Below are positions 44,664-54,429 of a stretch of DNA of 64,000 nt, piece after piece. The position numbers and the translations under genes are program-made. Position 1 is the stretch's first letter; each line of letters begins with the position of its first letter. The notes under the pieces were generated by a model. The model did no database searches. It saw only the letters and a program-made list of their open reading frames with translations, and had not been told where the DNA came from. The DNA comes from a virus, in the IMG/VR virus record IMGVR_UViG_3300023243_000009, positions 64,001 to 128,000 of that record; one strand, written 5' to 3'.

Positions 44664-45677
44664 TTATCCTTCACAACTCACACAAAGAGCTTGTCGGGAG
44701 CCTAAGTCACCTTTGATAACTGAATCTGTTCTTAAATAGTAAAGTGTTTTAATGCCTAATTTCCAACTCTCTAAGTGGACTTGATTAATCCATTTAGGTG
44801 AATCATTTACATCAAAACTTAAATTTAGAGATTGAGTTTGATCAATATATCTTTGTCTAATCGCTGCTTGACGTACTAATTCTAATTGATTAATTTCAGG
44901 AAAGGTTAAGAATAATTCTTTTTCATCAGGAGATAGGACATTATCAGGTAATCCTACTACAGACCCATTATCTCTTAACATTTGGTCCCAATATTCTTCT
45001 TGGTTTTCACCTTTACTTTCCAATAATACTTCTAATACTTTATTTTTTCTAATAAAAGTACCTTTAGCACCATTAAAGGTATAGATATTAGCAGGAAGTG
45101 GTTCAATACCTGCAGAGATACCACCGGTTATTACAGAATTAGATACTGTAGGGGCAATTGCCAACAGATGTGTATTTCTCATGCCCGTACCCTTACACCA
45201 TAATGGTTCTCCATATTCTACAGCCAGGTCCCGGGATGCTCTTTCCGCTTTGATTCTAATATCGCTAAAAATATTATGAGTGTGGGCGGTGGATGCTATT
45301 GAATTGAAGGGTAATCCTTTTTGTTGCAAAAACGTATGCCACCCCATTACACCCAAACCTAATGCTCTACCTTTTCGGGCATGGGCATTCGTCCTAGTTA
45401 ATGAATCTATACCATTAGATTTTTCTATAAATTCTTGCATTACACCATCCAAAAACCAGGTAGACATTTCCACAGTATCTGTGTCTTTCCATTCTTCGTA
45501 TTTTGCTAAATTTAAAGATGATAAACAACAAATAAAAGAATGTTCTTCATCTGTAAATAAGGTAATTTCAGAACAGTTATGAACTACAGCACCATTAGCA
45601 TAGAAATTTTTATTGTCCTGTACCGTTATATCATATACCGGTTTTTTATTTGATAATTTCGAAATTTTTAATCCCAT
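44664..45677 (-). CDS. nrdA: split-intein C-fragment (34 aa) fused to the C-terminal half of class Ia RNR alpha
   Basis: VYDITV...NFYANGAVVHN then CSEI; CCLSSLNL, RALGLGVMG, AIAPT, QSLN, KTLYY. Confidence 0.93.
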   Translation of the reverse strand: MGLKISKLSNKKPVYDITVQDNKNFYANGAVVHNCSEITLFTDEEHSFICCLSSLNLAKYEEWKDTDTVEMSTWFLDGVMQEFIEKSNGIDSLTRTNAHARKGRALGLGVMGWHTFLQQKGLPFNSIASTAHTHNIFSDIRIKAERASRDLAVEYGEPLWCKGTGMRNTHLLAIAPTVSNSVITGGISAGIEPLPANIYTFNGAKGTFIRKNKVLEVLLESKGENQEEYWDQMLRDNGSVVGLPDNVLSPDEKELFLTFPEINQLELVRQAAIRQRYIDQTQSLNLSFDVNDSPKWINQVHLESWKLGIKTLYYLRTDSVIKGDLGSRQALCVSCEG

Positions 45678-45688
45678 TTTTTTAATTT

Positions 45689-46333
45689 TTATATTTTATA
45701 TTTCCATTTATACCCATATATTGTGGGTCTTTTTCCTTTGGCACATTCCCCAATAGCGGCTCCTGTTTTTTTATTTAAAGAATGAGCCGCCTTAATTATA
45801 GATTCCCATTCTTTTATAAAATTTAATTCTAAATCATATTGTAATATAGGTTTATTATTTTTACCTAAATTATTTAATCTTGCTTTTTCTCTAGACTCTG
45901 GGGATTGGGTTTTCCCTTTCATTGGGGATATTCTACCTTTATGACCCTTAGATTTACCCTTATGGGCAATTCTTAAATTTTCACAATGCCATTTTGGTTT
46001 TTTTCTACCATATGGGTAACCAACTCCCTTTCTGCTTTTATTGTAAAATAATTCGCTTTCAAAAGCATTATACTGTCCTATGTAATATTCCTCCATTTCT
46101 TTCATTACTTTAGAATTAAGGACATTCTCTAATATTTCTCTTTTAAAATTATCTACACCATATTTTTTTAAAGCTAACTTTAAATAAGTTCCACTCCCTA
46201 AGTATCCATCATTTAAATCTTTACAAGTATGGGAACCTATATATTTTTTCTCATTTACTAAATTAGTTGTTATATAAACTATGAATTTAGGAGTTGGCTT
46301 TTCTTTCGTGATACTTTCTTTTAACATTTTCAT
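45689..46333 (-). CDS. GIY-YIG homing endonuclease (NUMOD3 and NUMOD1)
   Basis: IVY...KKYIG, YLGSG, E..YI, YN; IKEWES...GYKWKY. Confidence 0.9.
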   Translation of the reverse strand: MKMLKESITKEKPTPKFIVYITTNLVNEKKYIGSHTCKDLNDGYLGSGTYLKLALKKYGVDNFKREILENVLNSKVMKEMEEYYIGQYNAFESELFYNKSRKGVGYPYGRKKPKWHCENLRIAHKGKSKGHKGRISPMKGKTQSPESREKARLNNLGKNNKPILQYDLELNFIKEWESIIKAAHSLNKKTGAAIGECAKGKRPTIYGYKWKYKI

Positions 46334-46430
46334 CTACTTTTGTTTTATTTTTCCAATAATAAGTTTTACTATATTCAAGTTGTTTTTGAACACGTTCATC
46401 CTCGGTTTGATATTTTTTTATACGTCCCAT
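46287..46430 (-). CDS. 47-aa basic helical protein upstream of the endonuclease
   Basis: MGRIKKYQTEDERVQKQLEYSKTYYWKNKTKVDENVKRKYHERKANS, read manually; overlaps the annotated endonuclease start. Confidence 0.5.
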   Translation of the reverse strand: MGRIKKYQTEDERVQKQLEYSKTYYWKNKTKVDENVKRKYHERKANS

Positions 46431-46464
46431 TATCGTTTATAAATATATAGATCTAAGAAAAAGT

Positions 46465-46794
46465 CTAAGAAAATTTTAATTGTTTTTTTAAGTTTTTTAA
46501 TTCATTTTTGTATAACTTTTTAAAAGTTGGAGTGGTCGATATAAACTCATTTTTATCCGTTAGAATATTATACTCTATTTCCCCAACAATCTGATCATCA
46601 GATACATCTAGAAACCAAACTTTCTGCCATTCCTTTTGTATAAAAATCAATAAATCTTTTTTATTATCAAACATACAAAAATAATCCCCTACCTCCAAAT
46701 TTCTAGTAGATTGATTTTTAGACAACCCCAAAAACATACCTTGAGAAGTTAATATTTTTTCTGTATGATGGTTTTTAGTAAATAAGTTCATCAT
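46465..46794 (-). CDS. hypothetical protein inside the nrdA interruption
   Basis: 109 aa; overlaps the end of nrdA-N. Confidence 0.55.
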   Translation of the reverse strand: MMNLFTKNHHTEKILTSQGMFLGLSKNQSTRNLEVGDYFCMFDNKKDLLIFIQKEWQKVWFLDVSDDQIVGEIEYNILTDKNEFISTTPTFKKLYKNELKNLKKQLKFS

Positions 46795-47893
46795 CTTCTA
46801 TTAAATTTTGAGCCTCAATCCAACCTCTATTTTTAGTTAATATTTTATGTTCTGGAGTGCATTGTATTTTAAATCCCGTTACTTCATCCTCAATCTCTAA
46901 TAATTCAGCTTCAGGGTTGGTTACTCCATAATTGGTAATAAGTTTATATTCCTTTTCCAAAGTCTCAAGATTATAACTTAAAACATAAACTTCAGAATGG
47001 GTTTGAAGTAAAAACTCAAGGTCTTGAATTTCTATTTCTTGTTTTTTATCTCCTATTTTAATGTTAATTTTAGTATCCCCAGTAACACATATATTGGTCA
47101 TTGTTACTTCTAGATTATTTAGCATGTAAGCCATTGGATTTTGTTTATTTACATTATCTTTGTACATAATGTAAGGTTCACCTGTTTCCATTCTTGATTT
47201 TAAGACTTTAGCCCAAGTATTTAAAGCTTCAGAATCCCGTGTTTCTAATCTACGCATAAAATGATCATCTACAACAACACATTGGTGTAAATTTAAACAT
47301 TGTCTGTTTGGGTCTCCTTTTGGTCTTCTAATTTCTAAAAATTCATTAATATCCTCGTGATTGATGTCTAAATTAACTGAAGCTGCTCCTCTTCTAACAT
47401 TGCCCTGATTTGTAGCTATAATAGATGAATCGAATATTTTAGCCCAAGGTACAACCCCTTCAGATTTCCCATTTCCCGAGATTTCAGTACCGCGTGGTCT
47501 GATGCGAGATAAGCCAATACCTACCCCACCACCGGAGGCGGTTAATTTCATTAGTTCTGCGTTTGTTAAACCTATTCCACGTATAGAATCGGGTGTATCT
47601 ATACCAAAACATGAAATTGGTAACCCACGGCTTGTTCCCATATTTGATAAAACGGGGGATGCCAGGCCTAACCAACCATTCCACATTATTTTAAAGAATT
47701 TGGATGCTAATTCTGGTTTTTTTAACCTAAAAGCGGAGGCATTTGCTACTCTTTTATATGCTGTTCTTACTGTTTCTCCAGGTAGTAAGTAACCCTTGCT
47801 GATTGTTGCTAATGAGATTTCATCCATGTATTCAGGGTAATCTTTACCTGCAATCCAATTACTATAATCTGCTATTAGTGAATTATTGTCCAT
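46775..47893 (-). CDS. nrdA: N-terminal half of class Ia RNR alpha fused to split-intein N-fragment (104 aa)
   Basis: ASPVL.N, PISCF, GGGVG, QGNVRRGA, GEPY, TNI then CVTGDT...TPEHKILT..GW. Confidence 0.93.
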   Translation of the reverse strand: MDNNSLIADYSNWIAGKDYPEYMDEISLATISKGYLLPGETVRTAYKRVANASAFRLKKPELASKFFKIMWNGWLGLASPVLSNMGTSRGLPISCFGIDTPDSIRGIGLTNAELMKLTASGGGVGIGLSRIRPRGTEISGNGKSEGVVPWAKIFDSSIIATNQGNVRRGAASVNLDINHEDINEFLEIRRPKGDPNRQCLNLHQCVVVDDHFMRRLETRDSEALNTWAKVLKSRMETGEPYIMYKDNVNKQNPMAYMLNNLEVTMTNICVTGDTKINIKIGDKKQEIEIQDLEFLLQTHSEVYVLSYNLETLEKEYKLITNYGVTNPEAELLEIEDEVTGFKIQCTPEHKILTKNRGWIEAQNLIEDDELIY

Positions 47894-47910
47894 TTTTTTG
47901 TTTTAGTTTA

Positions 47911-48900
47911 TTAAAATAAGTCGTTTACATCCCAATTCTGTACTCCTTTTGAATAATTAGTTACCCTTACGGCGAAGAAATCGGAGTGCTGTTTTCCAGC
48001 AGATAAACTATCAAACCATTTCATTCTTTTAATAGAAGCTGCATCTATACCATTTACAATAGAATCATATCCTAAATCTTGCATTTTAGTATTAACTCTA
48101 TATTTGATAAAAGATACTAAATCGTATTTTGAGCATCCCTCTAAATCTCCCATTGCATATACTTTGTCAATGAAGCCTAATTCAAGTTTTAAAGATAATT
48201 TAGCTGCTTCTTCAATTTCAATTCTTAATTCAGGGGTATTTAGGTCAGGGTTTTCTACCATTAATTGTCTAAATAACCAACATCCTGCTTCTGAGTGTAA
48301 TGATTCATCTCTGATGCTCCATTCTACAATTTGTCCTACTCCTTTTAATTTATTTTGTAATTTAAAAGATAATAAAATAGCAAAGGATGAAAATAAATTA
48401 ACACCCTCGGTAAATGCAGAGAAGATTGCTAAGGATTTTGCTCGGGCAGACCAATCTGGTTCCCCATTATGTGAATCTCTCACATCCATTAAAGCTTGAA
48501 TTTTTGCCATTGTAGCTTCATCTTCTAAAAATTCAGAAAAATTATCTAAACCTAATTCTTCATTTAATAGAGAATAGGCTTCAGCATGTATAGTTTCAAA
48601 TGCCCCGAATGTAACCGCCATTTTAATAATCTCGGGTTTTCTGAACCAAGAGGTAACTAAATTGGTCCAATAATCATTTACTACAGTTTCAGTTTGTGCA
48701 AATCCTTTTAGGATTGAACCTACAATATTTTTTTCATTTACTGTTAAATTTTGTTTCCAATCATTTACATCTGACATCATGGGAACTTCTGTGTGGAGCC
48801 AATGTGCTTGGTGTTGTTTTAACCAATAATCGTGGGCTTCAGGGTATTCGAATGGCTTGTAAACTATTCTTTCTTCTTTAATGTCTCTTTTTTTACTCAT
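47911..48900 (-). CDS. nrdB: ribonucleotide reductase beta subunit (class Ia)
   Basis: YKPFEYP, W..TEV, ETIHAEAY, EG..LFSSF, RDESLH, DFF. Confidence 0.95.
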   Translation of the reverse strand: MSKKRDIKEERIVYKPFEYPEAHDYWLKQHQAHWLHTEVPMMSDVNDWKQNLTVNEKNIVGSILKGFAQTETVVNDYWTNLVTSWFRKPEIIKMAVTFGAFETIHAEAYSLLNEELGLDNFSEFLEDEATMAKIQALMDVRDSHNGEPDWSARAKSLAIFSAFTEGVNLFSSFAILLSFKLQNKLKGVGQIVEWSIRDESLHSEAGCWLFRQLMVENPDLNTPELRIEIEEAAKLSLKLELGFIDKVYAMGDLEGCSKYDLVSFIKYRVNTKMQDLGYDSIVNGIDAASIKRMKWFDSLSAGKQHSDFFAVRVTNYSKGVQNWDVNDLF

Positions 48901-48914
48901 GATTTAATAATTAA

Positions 48915-50291
48915 TTATTCGTTACCTAATTCAAAAAACCTTTCTCTTAATAATTGTTTATCTGTAGCATTTACACCCGTATCAAACTTATTTGATTGGT
49001 GGGCAGGGGTTAAATGCTCGTCCCCATTACTCGTATCTTGGTAATCGTATACTTCAAAATGTCCAGTTGAAGTGTTAGCATTTACACCAAATGTAAGACC
49101 GTCAATACCATATCTATTTTTCATTATATGGAATCTTCCGGTATTGTTAACTTTATCTTCTTTTTTACGTGAAAGAGACATACAGAAATCAGTAATCATA
49201 ATCTTATCATAAGACCCGGCTGCTTTATCCCCTTCAATAATATCATCTTTTGCACCTGCACGATTAACTTGAGAAACTGACCAAATAGGTATATTTAACT
49301 GTTTTGCTAATCCCTTAGTGCTTGTATAAATATCATCAATTTCATCTTTACGCTCACGGTTGGTTTTTCTTGATGCAAGAAGATCTACATAATCTATAAT
49401 AATCATATCAGGTTTTATCCCTAAGCTAATACACTTAGATATATGAGATTCAATGGTTGATACTGTTGCTCTACCTGTAGGGTATTCCTTTACAATCAAA
49501 CTTCCAGGTAATTGAGGTAGAATTTCTTCTACTTTATCACGGTGGGAGTCTATTTTATCAACTGGTATTTTGGTGAAAAAAGCATCGTATCTTTTAGCTA
49601 CATATTCTTCACCTAATTCTAGAGTATAATGTAAAACATTATACCCCAATTTAACAGCATACCCTCCTAATGCTACTAATGACCAGGATTTACCACCCCC
49701 AGGATTACCAAATATAAGACCGAAATCACCATTACCTAAACCTCCCTGTAGGATAGTATTTACGCGTTCCCAAGGAGTAGGAACAGTAGTTCTTGAATTT
49801 TCTCTATAACGAGATTCAATGTCTTTAACATATTCATGCCCCAAATTTTTATCTTGCCCCGATTTTAAAGCACTATCAATCAAAAAACGAATCCCATCAT
49901 AATCCCCGGCTTGTAACATATCAACCGAAGACATTAATGCCTTTTTCAATTGTTGGTTTTTACAAAAATTAGTAAATTCTTCTTGAACATATTCTAAATC
50001 ATCATCAGAAGAAATATAGGCTTGTTTAAGTTGCTCTCTAATTGAAATTTGTAAAACCTCGTTGTCTACTTTTTGTAATTCTACTTTTAAAATATCTAAT
50101 GAGGGTGTTGTGTGGTATTTTTGGTAATATTTTAAAATTTCTCTAATAATCCACTTCATTGCACTATTCTCAAAATCATCTTCCGAAATAATATCGTGGA
50201 TGTTAATTAGAAATTCTTTATGACTTAATAAAGATGATAACACTTTTATTTGGAAGTCATTTCCATACTGGTTTACTGAGGAAAGGGTCAT
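48915..50291 (-). CDS. dnaB: DnaB-like replicative helicase
   Basis: GNPGGGKS, YTLE, IIIDYVD, SQVNR, KNRYG. Confidence 0.92.
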   Translation of the reverse strand: MTLSSVNQYGNDFQIKVLSSLLSHKEFLINIHDIISEDDFENSAMKWIIREILKYYQKYHTTPSLDILKVELQKVDNEVLQISIREQLKQAYISSDDDLEYVQEEFTNFCKNQQLKKALMSSVDMLQAGDYDGIRFLIDSALKSGQDKNLGHEYVKDIESRYRENSRTTVPTPWERVNTILQGGLGNGDFGLIFGNPGGGKSWSLVALGGYAVKLGYNVLHYTLELGEEYVAKRYDAFFTKIPVDKIDSHRDKVEEILPQLPGSLIVKEYPTGRATVSTIESHISKCISLGIKPDMIIIDYVDLLASRKTNRERKDEIDDIYTSTKGLAKQLNIPIWSVSQVNRAGAKDDIIEGDKAAGSYDKIMITDFCMSLSRKKEDKVNNTGRFHIMKNRYGIDGLTFGVNANTSTGHFEVYDYQDTSNGDEHLTPAHQSNKFDTGVNATDKQLLRERFFELGNE

Positions 50292-50320
50292 TTATATAAC
50301 TTTTATTTTTAATATTAATA

Positions 50321-51358
50321 CTAATTGTATTTAGTAAAGGGGGTAAAGATTTCTTTTAACCATATGTCTAAATTTCTAATCATACCCCCAAGTTTATCTT
50401 CATTATAAAACTGAATAAACATTTCGGGATAGAAATCAGGTAAGTCATTTTTAATTAAAGTGTCGATGTGTGCTTTACCCCTATCATCTATCATAGGATT
50501 ACTTAGATCCATTACCTTGTAATTAATCTCTATTCTACTTCTTTCTTGAAGTATACGTGAATATACAATATGTTCTTTAAATTTTCCGGCTGATATCTCA
50601 AATATATTTTCTAAAGTTAATTCTTGGGTTTTTAATTCCGGGAATTTTTTAAATAAACCTTTAGCTCCTAAACCCTTGATACCTTGGATATTATCGGATG
50701 AATCTCCTAATAATGTTTTCATTAAAATAAAATTTGAAGGTAAAAGCCCAAATTTCTCCTCTACCACCTTTGGAGTATAATATTCTTTTTCCATAGGTCG
50801 GTACACAATAATTTTATCCGTAACTAACTGAAGGAAATCTTTATCAGAGGATACAATAAAGCAAGTAGAATTAAATTTTTCTACCAACTTTTCGGATAAT
50901 ACCGCTATGATATCATCTGCTTCTACTTTATCAAGTATAGTAGTTTTAACAGGTAATAGTTTTAGGTATTGAATAATCCTTACAATTTGATCGATTTTAG
51001 AATCATGTTCATCTTCTAGATTGTCAAATGCCTCCCAATTAGTAATACGTTGTAAATTTCTAGTTCCCTTATATTCAGAGATTAGATTTTTTCTACTCGA
51101 GGATGAACCCGCGCCATCAAACACCACATACACAGATGTGGGGTTTGTTTGACGGATCATAGCTCCTAATGAACGAAAAAAACCACCTAGTCCCCCAACA
51201 TGCACCCCATCGGGGTTAACCATATTCATCATAGCAAAATTTCTAAAAAATAGGTTTAACCCATCTAATATTAAAACTCTATCATGTCTTTTTAATTGAG
51301 GCTCTTCCCCTTGTTCCTGGATATTATCCAGGAGACTAAATAATTCTTTGTTGTTCAT
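50321..51358 (-). CDS. 5'-3' exonuclease / flap endonuclease (PolA N-terminal/RNase H-like)
   Basis: LDGLN, VVFDG, YKGTR, EADD, SSDKD, LGDSSDNI.GIKGLG.K. Confidence 0.92.
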   Translation of the reverse strand: MNNKELFSLLDNIQEQGEEPQLKRHDRVLILDGLNLFFRNFAMMNMVNPDGVHVGGLGGFFRSLGAMIRQTNPTSVYVVFDGAGSSSSRKNLISEYKGTRNLQRITNWEAFDNLEDEHDSKIDQIVRIIQYLKLLPVKTTILDKVEADDIIAVLSEKLVEKFNSTCFIVSSDKDFLQLVTDKIIVYRPMEKEYYTPKVVEEKFGLLPSNFILMKTLLGDSSDNIQGIKGLGAKGLFKKFPELKTQELTLENIFEISAGKFKEHIVYSRILQERSRIEINYKVMDLSNPMIDDRGKAHIDTLIKNDLPDFYPEMFIQFYNEDKLGGMIRNLDIWLKEIFTPFTKYN

Positions 51359-51361
51359 ATT

Positions 51362-52441
51362 TTATTCTGGTTCTACTTCAAAATGGGACATACCTTGGCT
51401 TTCATCTCCTTCTTCAACAACCTGGAAGTCATCTCCACCTAAAAATTTACTCCATTCTTGAGAATATTTGGCTTTATATGCTTTCAGTTCCTTCTCATCA
51501 TCATTAATGAACCCATGAGGAGTCATAATAATTTTACCTCTAGTAGTTACACCGTTAACGTGGTTTTTATCAATTTGTAAATTAGTACGTTTAGCAAATT
51601 CAACCTGTTTCCCATCTTTAATTGCTTTGATTTTAGAGGTCCCGGCATTAGATATATTTCCAAATGTAACTACGAATGTTGCATCGTACCACATAGCCAT
51701 ACCCCCTTTATTCATCATCTTAGGTTGACCCATAGGTGATTCAGCTTTAGCAGTCCAGACTTTATTGATACAGCACAAAGTATTGGTATAAGGTGCTGAT
51801 TCTTTACGAGACAATACAATACTTTGATTAACTGTATTACCAAATTGTGTTGACATTGCACCTGCATTCCATTCATTGTTATTTTTCAATTTTTCAACTG
51901 ACATAGCACAAGGAATAGAACCAATTGAGTCCCAAAAGAAACATAAATCATAAGGTAAATTACCTTTTTTCTGCTCATTTGTTAAATCCATAATAAAGGC
52001 AGCTACATCTTCTATAGTATGAACTGTCTCTCTATCAACGTAGATAAAATTACCATCATAGTCAAGAACTTCACCTGTATCCTTATCTTTAATAATATTA
52101 ACTTCTAGCCCCATTTGTGAAGCGTGTTCCCAATTCCATTTCATTTCCGTAATGATGAAGACGGGTAATACCCCCATTTTCTGTGCTGATACGGCTGCTT
52201 CAAGCAAAGCAGTTGTTTTACCAGTATCAGAATGTCCTCTAAGTAATGAAATGTGTCCCATAGGTATACCAGGTATTCCAGCGATTTCTTGAAAAGCAGG
52301 GGATAATGGTATCCATTTTTGATCCTTAAATTTGATGTTTTTATCTAATCCCTTCTTGCTTTTAAATTTATTTAAATCAAATTTACTTTGTATTTCAGCG
52401 GACACTGCCGCTGAAAGGGATTTAGGTGGTCTTTTTGCCAT
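51362..52441 (-). CDS. recA: RecA/UvsX recombinase
   Basis: GHSDTGKT, ITE, WDSIG, INK, KGG. Confidence 0.88.
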   Translation of the reverse strand: MAKRPPKSLSAAVSAEIQSKFDLNKFKSKKGLDKNIKFKDQKWIPLSPAFQEIAGIPGIPMGHISLLRGHSDTGKTTALLEAAVSAQKMGVLPVFIITEMKWNWEHASQMGLEVNIIKDKDTGEVLDYDGNFIYVDRETVHTIEDVAAFIMDLTNEQKKGNLPYDLCFFWDSIGSIPCAMSVEKLKNNNEWNAGAMSTQFGNTVNQSIVLSRKESAPYTNTLCCINKVWTAKAESPMGQPKMMNKGGMAMWYDATFVVTFGNISNAGTSKIKAIKDGKQVEFAKRTNLQIDKNHVNGVTTRGKIIMTPHGFINDDEKELKAYKAKYSQEWSKFLGGDDFQVVEEGDESQGMSHFEVEPE

Positions 52442-52444
52442 ATA

Positions 52445-53281
52445 TTAAAAAGGTAGATCATCTGTTTCTAAAGTTGGATCTCCAAATAAAGTATCAAATT
52501 GGTTTCCTTTAGATTGTTTAACTCTTGGTGTTGATGTATTTAATGAAAAATCAGTTTTATTAGACTCAAACCCTACTGATGGTTCTGAGATTATATCACC
52601 TTCCCTGTTTGCGTCTTCGGGTGATAACCATTTTTCAAGGGCAGATTTCATCTCTTCAAATGAATATTTCTTAAATAAATCTTCAGGGTTTGGTTGGTCT
52701 TTCATCCAAGTTTCAACTTCTTCTTTATTTTCACTTAATGGTGTTGATTTTAATCTAACACGAACCGATGATTTATTATAAGCGGTACCTGTAGATTCTG
52801 GTCCTACTGTCTCCACTGTTAAATCTCTCCCATTTACAATGTCAGTATAATCTCCAATTTCATCATCCACCGCAAGGGCTAATAATTCTTCATATACTTG
52901 TTTTCCAAACTGCCACAATCTAGCACCTTTATCTTCTTCACCTCTAACTACTACAGGGATAAAAATACGGTTTTTAGGGTCTAATTTTTTAGCAAGTAAA
53001 TAATTTTCCTTGTTATACTCTTCTCTAAGTTTTTGTGCAAACAATGCAATTGGGTCCTTCTCACCAAAATTTAAGGGTGAAACCATAACCTTATTAGTAA
53101 TACCATAGTAGAATTTTAATTCCTTAAATGGGTTTTTAGGGTTAAAAACAGAGGGTACAATTCTAATTTGGTGCTTTCCTACTTTAGGTGACCAAAAAAT
53201 GGTAGTGTAATCTGTTTTTAAATTTGAGGTTTGTTTTTGTTGAAGACCTTCTAACTTCTTTTTCAATACTGATAAATCCAT
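52445..53281 (-). CDS. single-stranded DNA-binding protein (gp32-like)
   Basis: IRIVP, LWQFGK.VY, GRDLTV, acidic DDLPF tail. Confidence 0.85.
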   Translation of the reverse strand: MDLSVLKKKLEGLQQKQTSNLKTDYTTIFWSPKVGKHQIRIVPSVFNPKNPFKELKFYYGITNKVMVSPLNFGEKDPIALFAQKLREEYNKENYLLAKKLDPKNRIFIPVVVRGEEDKGARLWQFGKQVYEELLALAVDDEIGDYTDIVNGRDLTVETVGPESTGTAYNKSSVRVRLKSTPLSENKEEVETWMKDQPNPEDLFKKYSFEEMKSALEKWLSPEDANREGDIISEPSVGFESNKTDFSLNTSTPRVKQSKGNQFDTLFGDPTLETDDLPF

Positions 53282-53317
53282 AACTTTACTTTTATTTGAT
53301 AACTGTTTGTAATAATT

Positions 53318-53348
53318 AAATATATGAAACCCCTTCCGGGGTTCCTAA
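53318..53348 (-). promoter_or_regulatory. promoter with palindromic AACCCC/GGGGTT spacer
   Basis: TTAGGAACCCCGGAAGGGGTTTCATATATTTA. Confidence 0.6.
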
Positions 53349-53365
53349 TTTGTTTTGTTTTTTCT

Positions 53366-53704
53366 TTAGACGTTGTATGATATAGCATAAAGTGTTTTTC
53401 CTCCTACTTCCAAAGTGAAATTATATGCATCACCAAAAATATCTTCTACTTTGCTTTTATCAAAAGAGAAATCTAAACCTGCTTCACCAAATCCTGCTAT
53501 TGCATTGTCTAGTTCACCTTCACTATCTCCACCTACTTCAATTTCCATCCCATTATACTCTTCTTTATCATCTTCATCAAATCGAAGCTCTTGGGCTAAC
53601 TTACCTATAAATTCTGCTTTATTTTGTTTAAGGAAGGAAAGGATGTTATCTTCTCTAATTTCTCCTTCTGCTAAGTATTTTCTAAATGTGTTTAATTCTT
53701 TCAT
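53366..53704 (-). CDS. acidic hypothetical protein (possible internal head protein)
   Basis: MKELNTFRKYLAE N-terminus, very acidic. Confidence 0.6.
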   Translation of the reverse strand: MKELNTFRKYLAEGEIREDNILSFLKQNKAEFIGKLAQELRFDEDDKEEYNGMEIEVGGDSEGELDNAIAGFGEAGLDFSFDKSKVEDIFGDAYNFTLEVGGKTLYAISYNV

Positions 53705-54180
53705 TATAACTCTATTATTTTATGTATTTTAGTATTCAATTGTGCCAACTCGTTGTTTTGAGTAAGTAATATACAATTTTTATAGTGTTTCCACTCAATT
53801 CTATATCTAGGATCTACCACACCACCATTCAAACTCTTAATCAATTGATTTAAAGCATTTATAGTATATAAGGTATTAGAATCCTTTTTCCTATGCACTA
53901 GAATAGTATTATCTGGGATGGTATTAACATTCCCTTGATCTACATTGTATGTAACTACATATTCGTCTTTATCTTCAATGGCAAGTACAAATATCTTATT
54001 GTACATTATGTCATATTTAGATTTTATATCTTCTATTAACTTATCTAATTCCTCGGTATTAGTAAAAGTTGCAAATAATTTATTGTTCAAATCACCAACA
54101 TTTTTCAATTCGGTTATAATATCATAACTCGAATTATACATATATGGGGATTTATCTAAAGTTGTAACTGCTTCCTTCAT
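53704..54180 (-). CDS. hypothetical protein
   Basis: NKLFATF, TYNV, HRKKDSNTLYTINALN. Confidence 0.75.
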   Translation of the reverse strand: MKEAVTTLDKSPYMYNSSYDIITELKNVGDLNNKLFATFTNTEELDKLIEDIKSKYDIMYNKIFVLAIEDKDEYVVTYNVDQGNVNTIPDNTILVHRKKDSNTLYTINALNQLIKSLNGGVVDPRYRIEWKHYKNCILLTQNNELAQLNTKIHKIIEL

Positions 54181-54429
54181 TTTCCTTTACTTTTAATTTA
54201 TAATTTATATGTAAATATACAACCCTTACTTAGACCCACCTAATATTTTTATATGGGGTTTCAATTCGTCTTCTATATAATTTTTAACTAATATATTATA
54301 CTCCCCATTAATTGGAGAATTAAAATTATTTTTCTTACTCCAATTTTCTAAAGCAGGAATAAAGTGTAAATTTCTTGTATTTCCCCACATTTAGAACATT
54401 TCTTCATTTTATTATACACATTAGAAAAA

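Noticed and set aside
45678-46777. Group I intron in nrdA
   Set aside because: Both halves carry intein fragments and the C-half has its own ATG, which explains the interruption without RNA splicing
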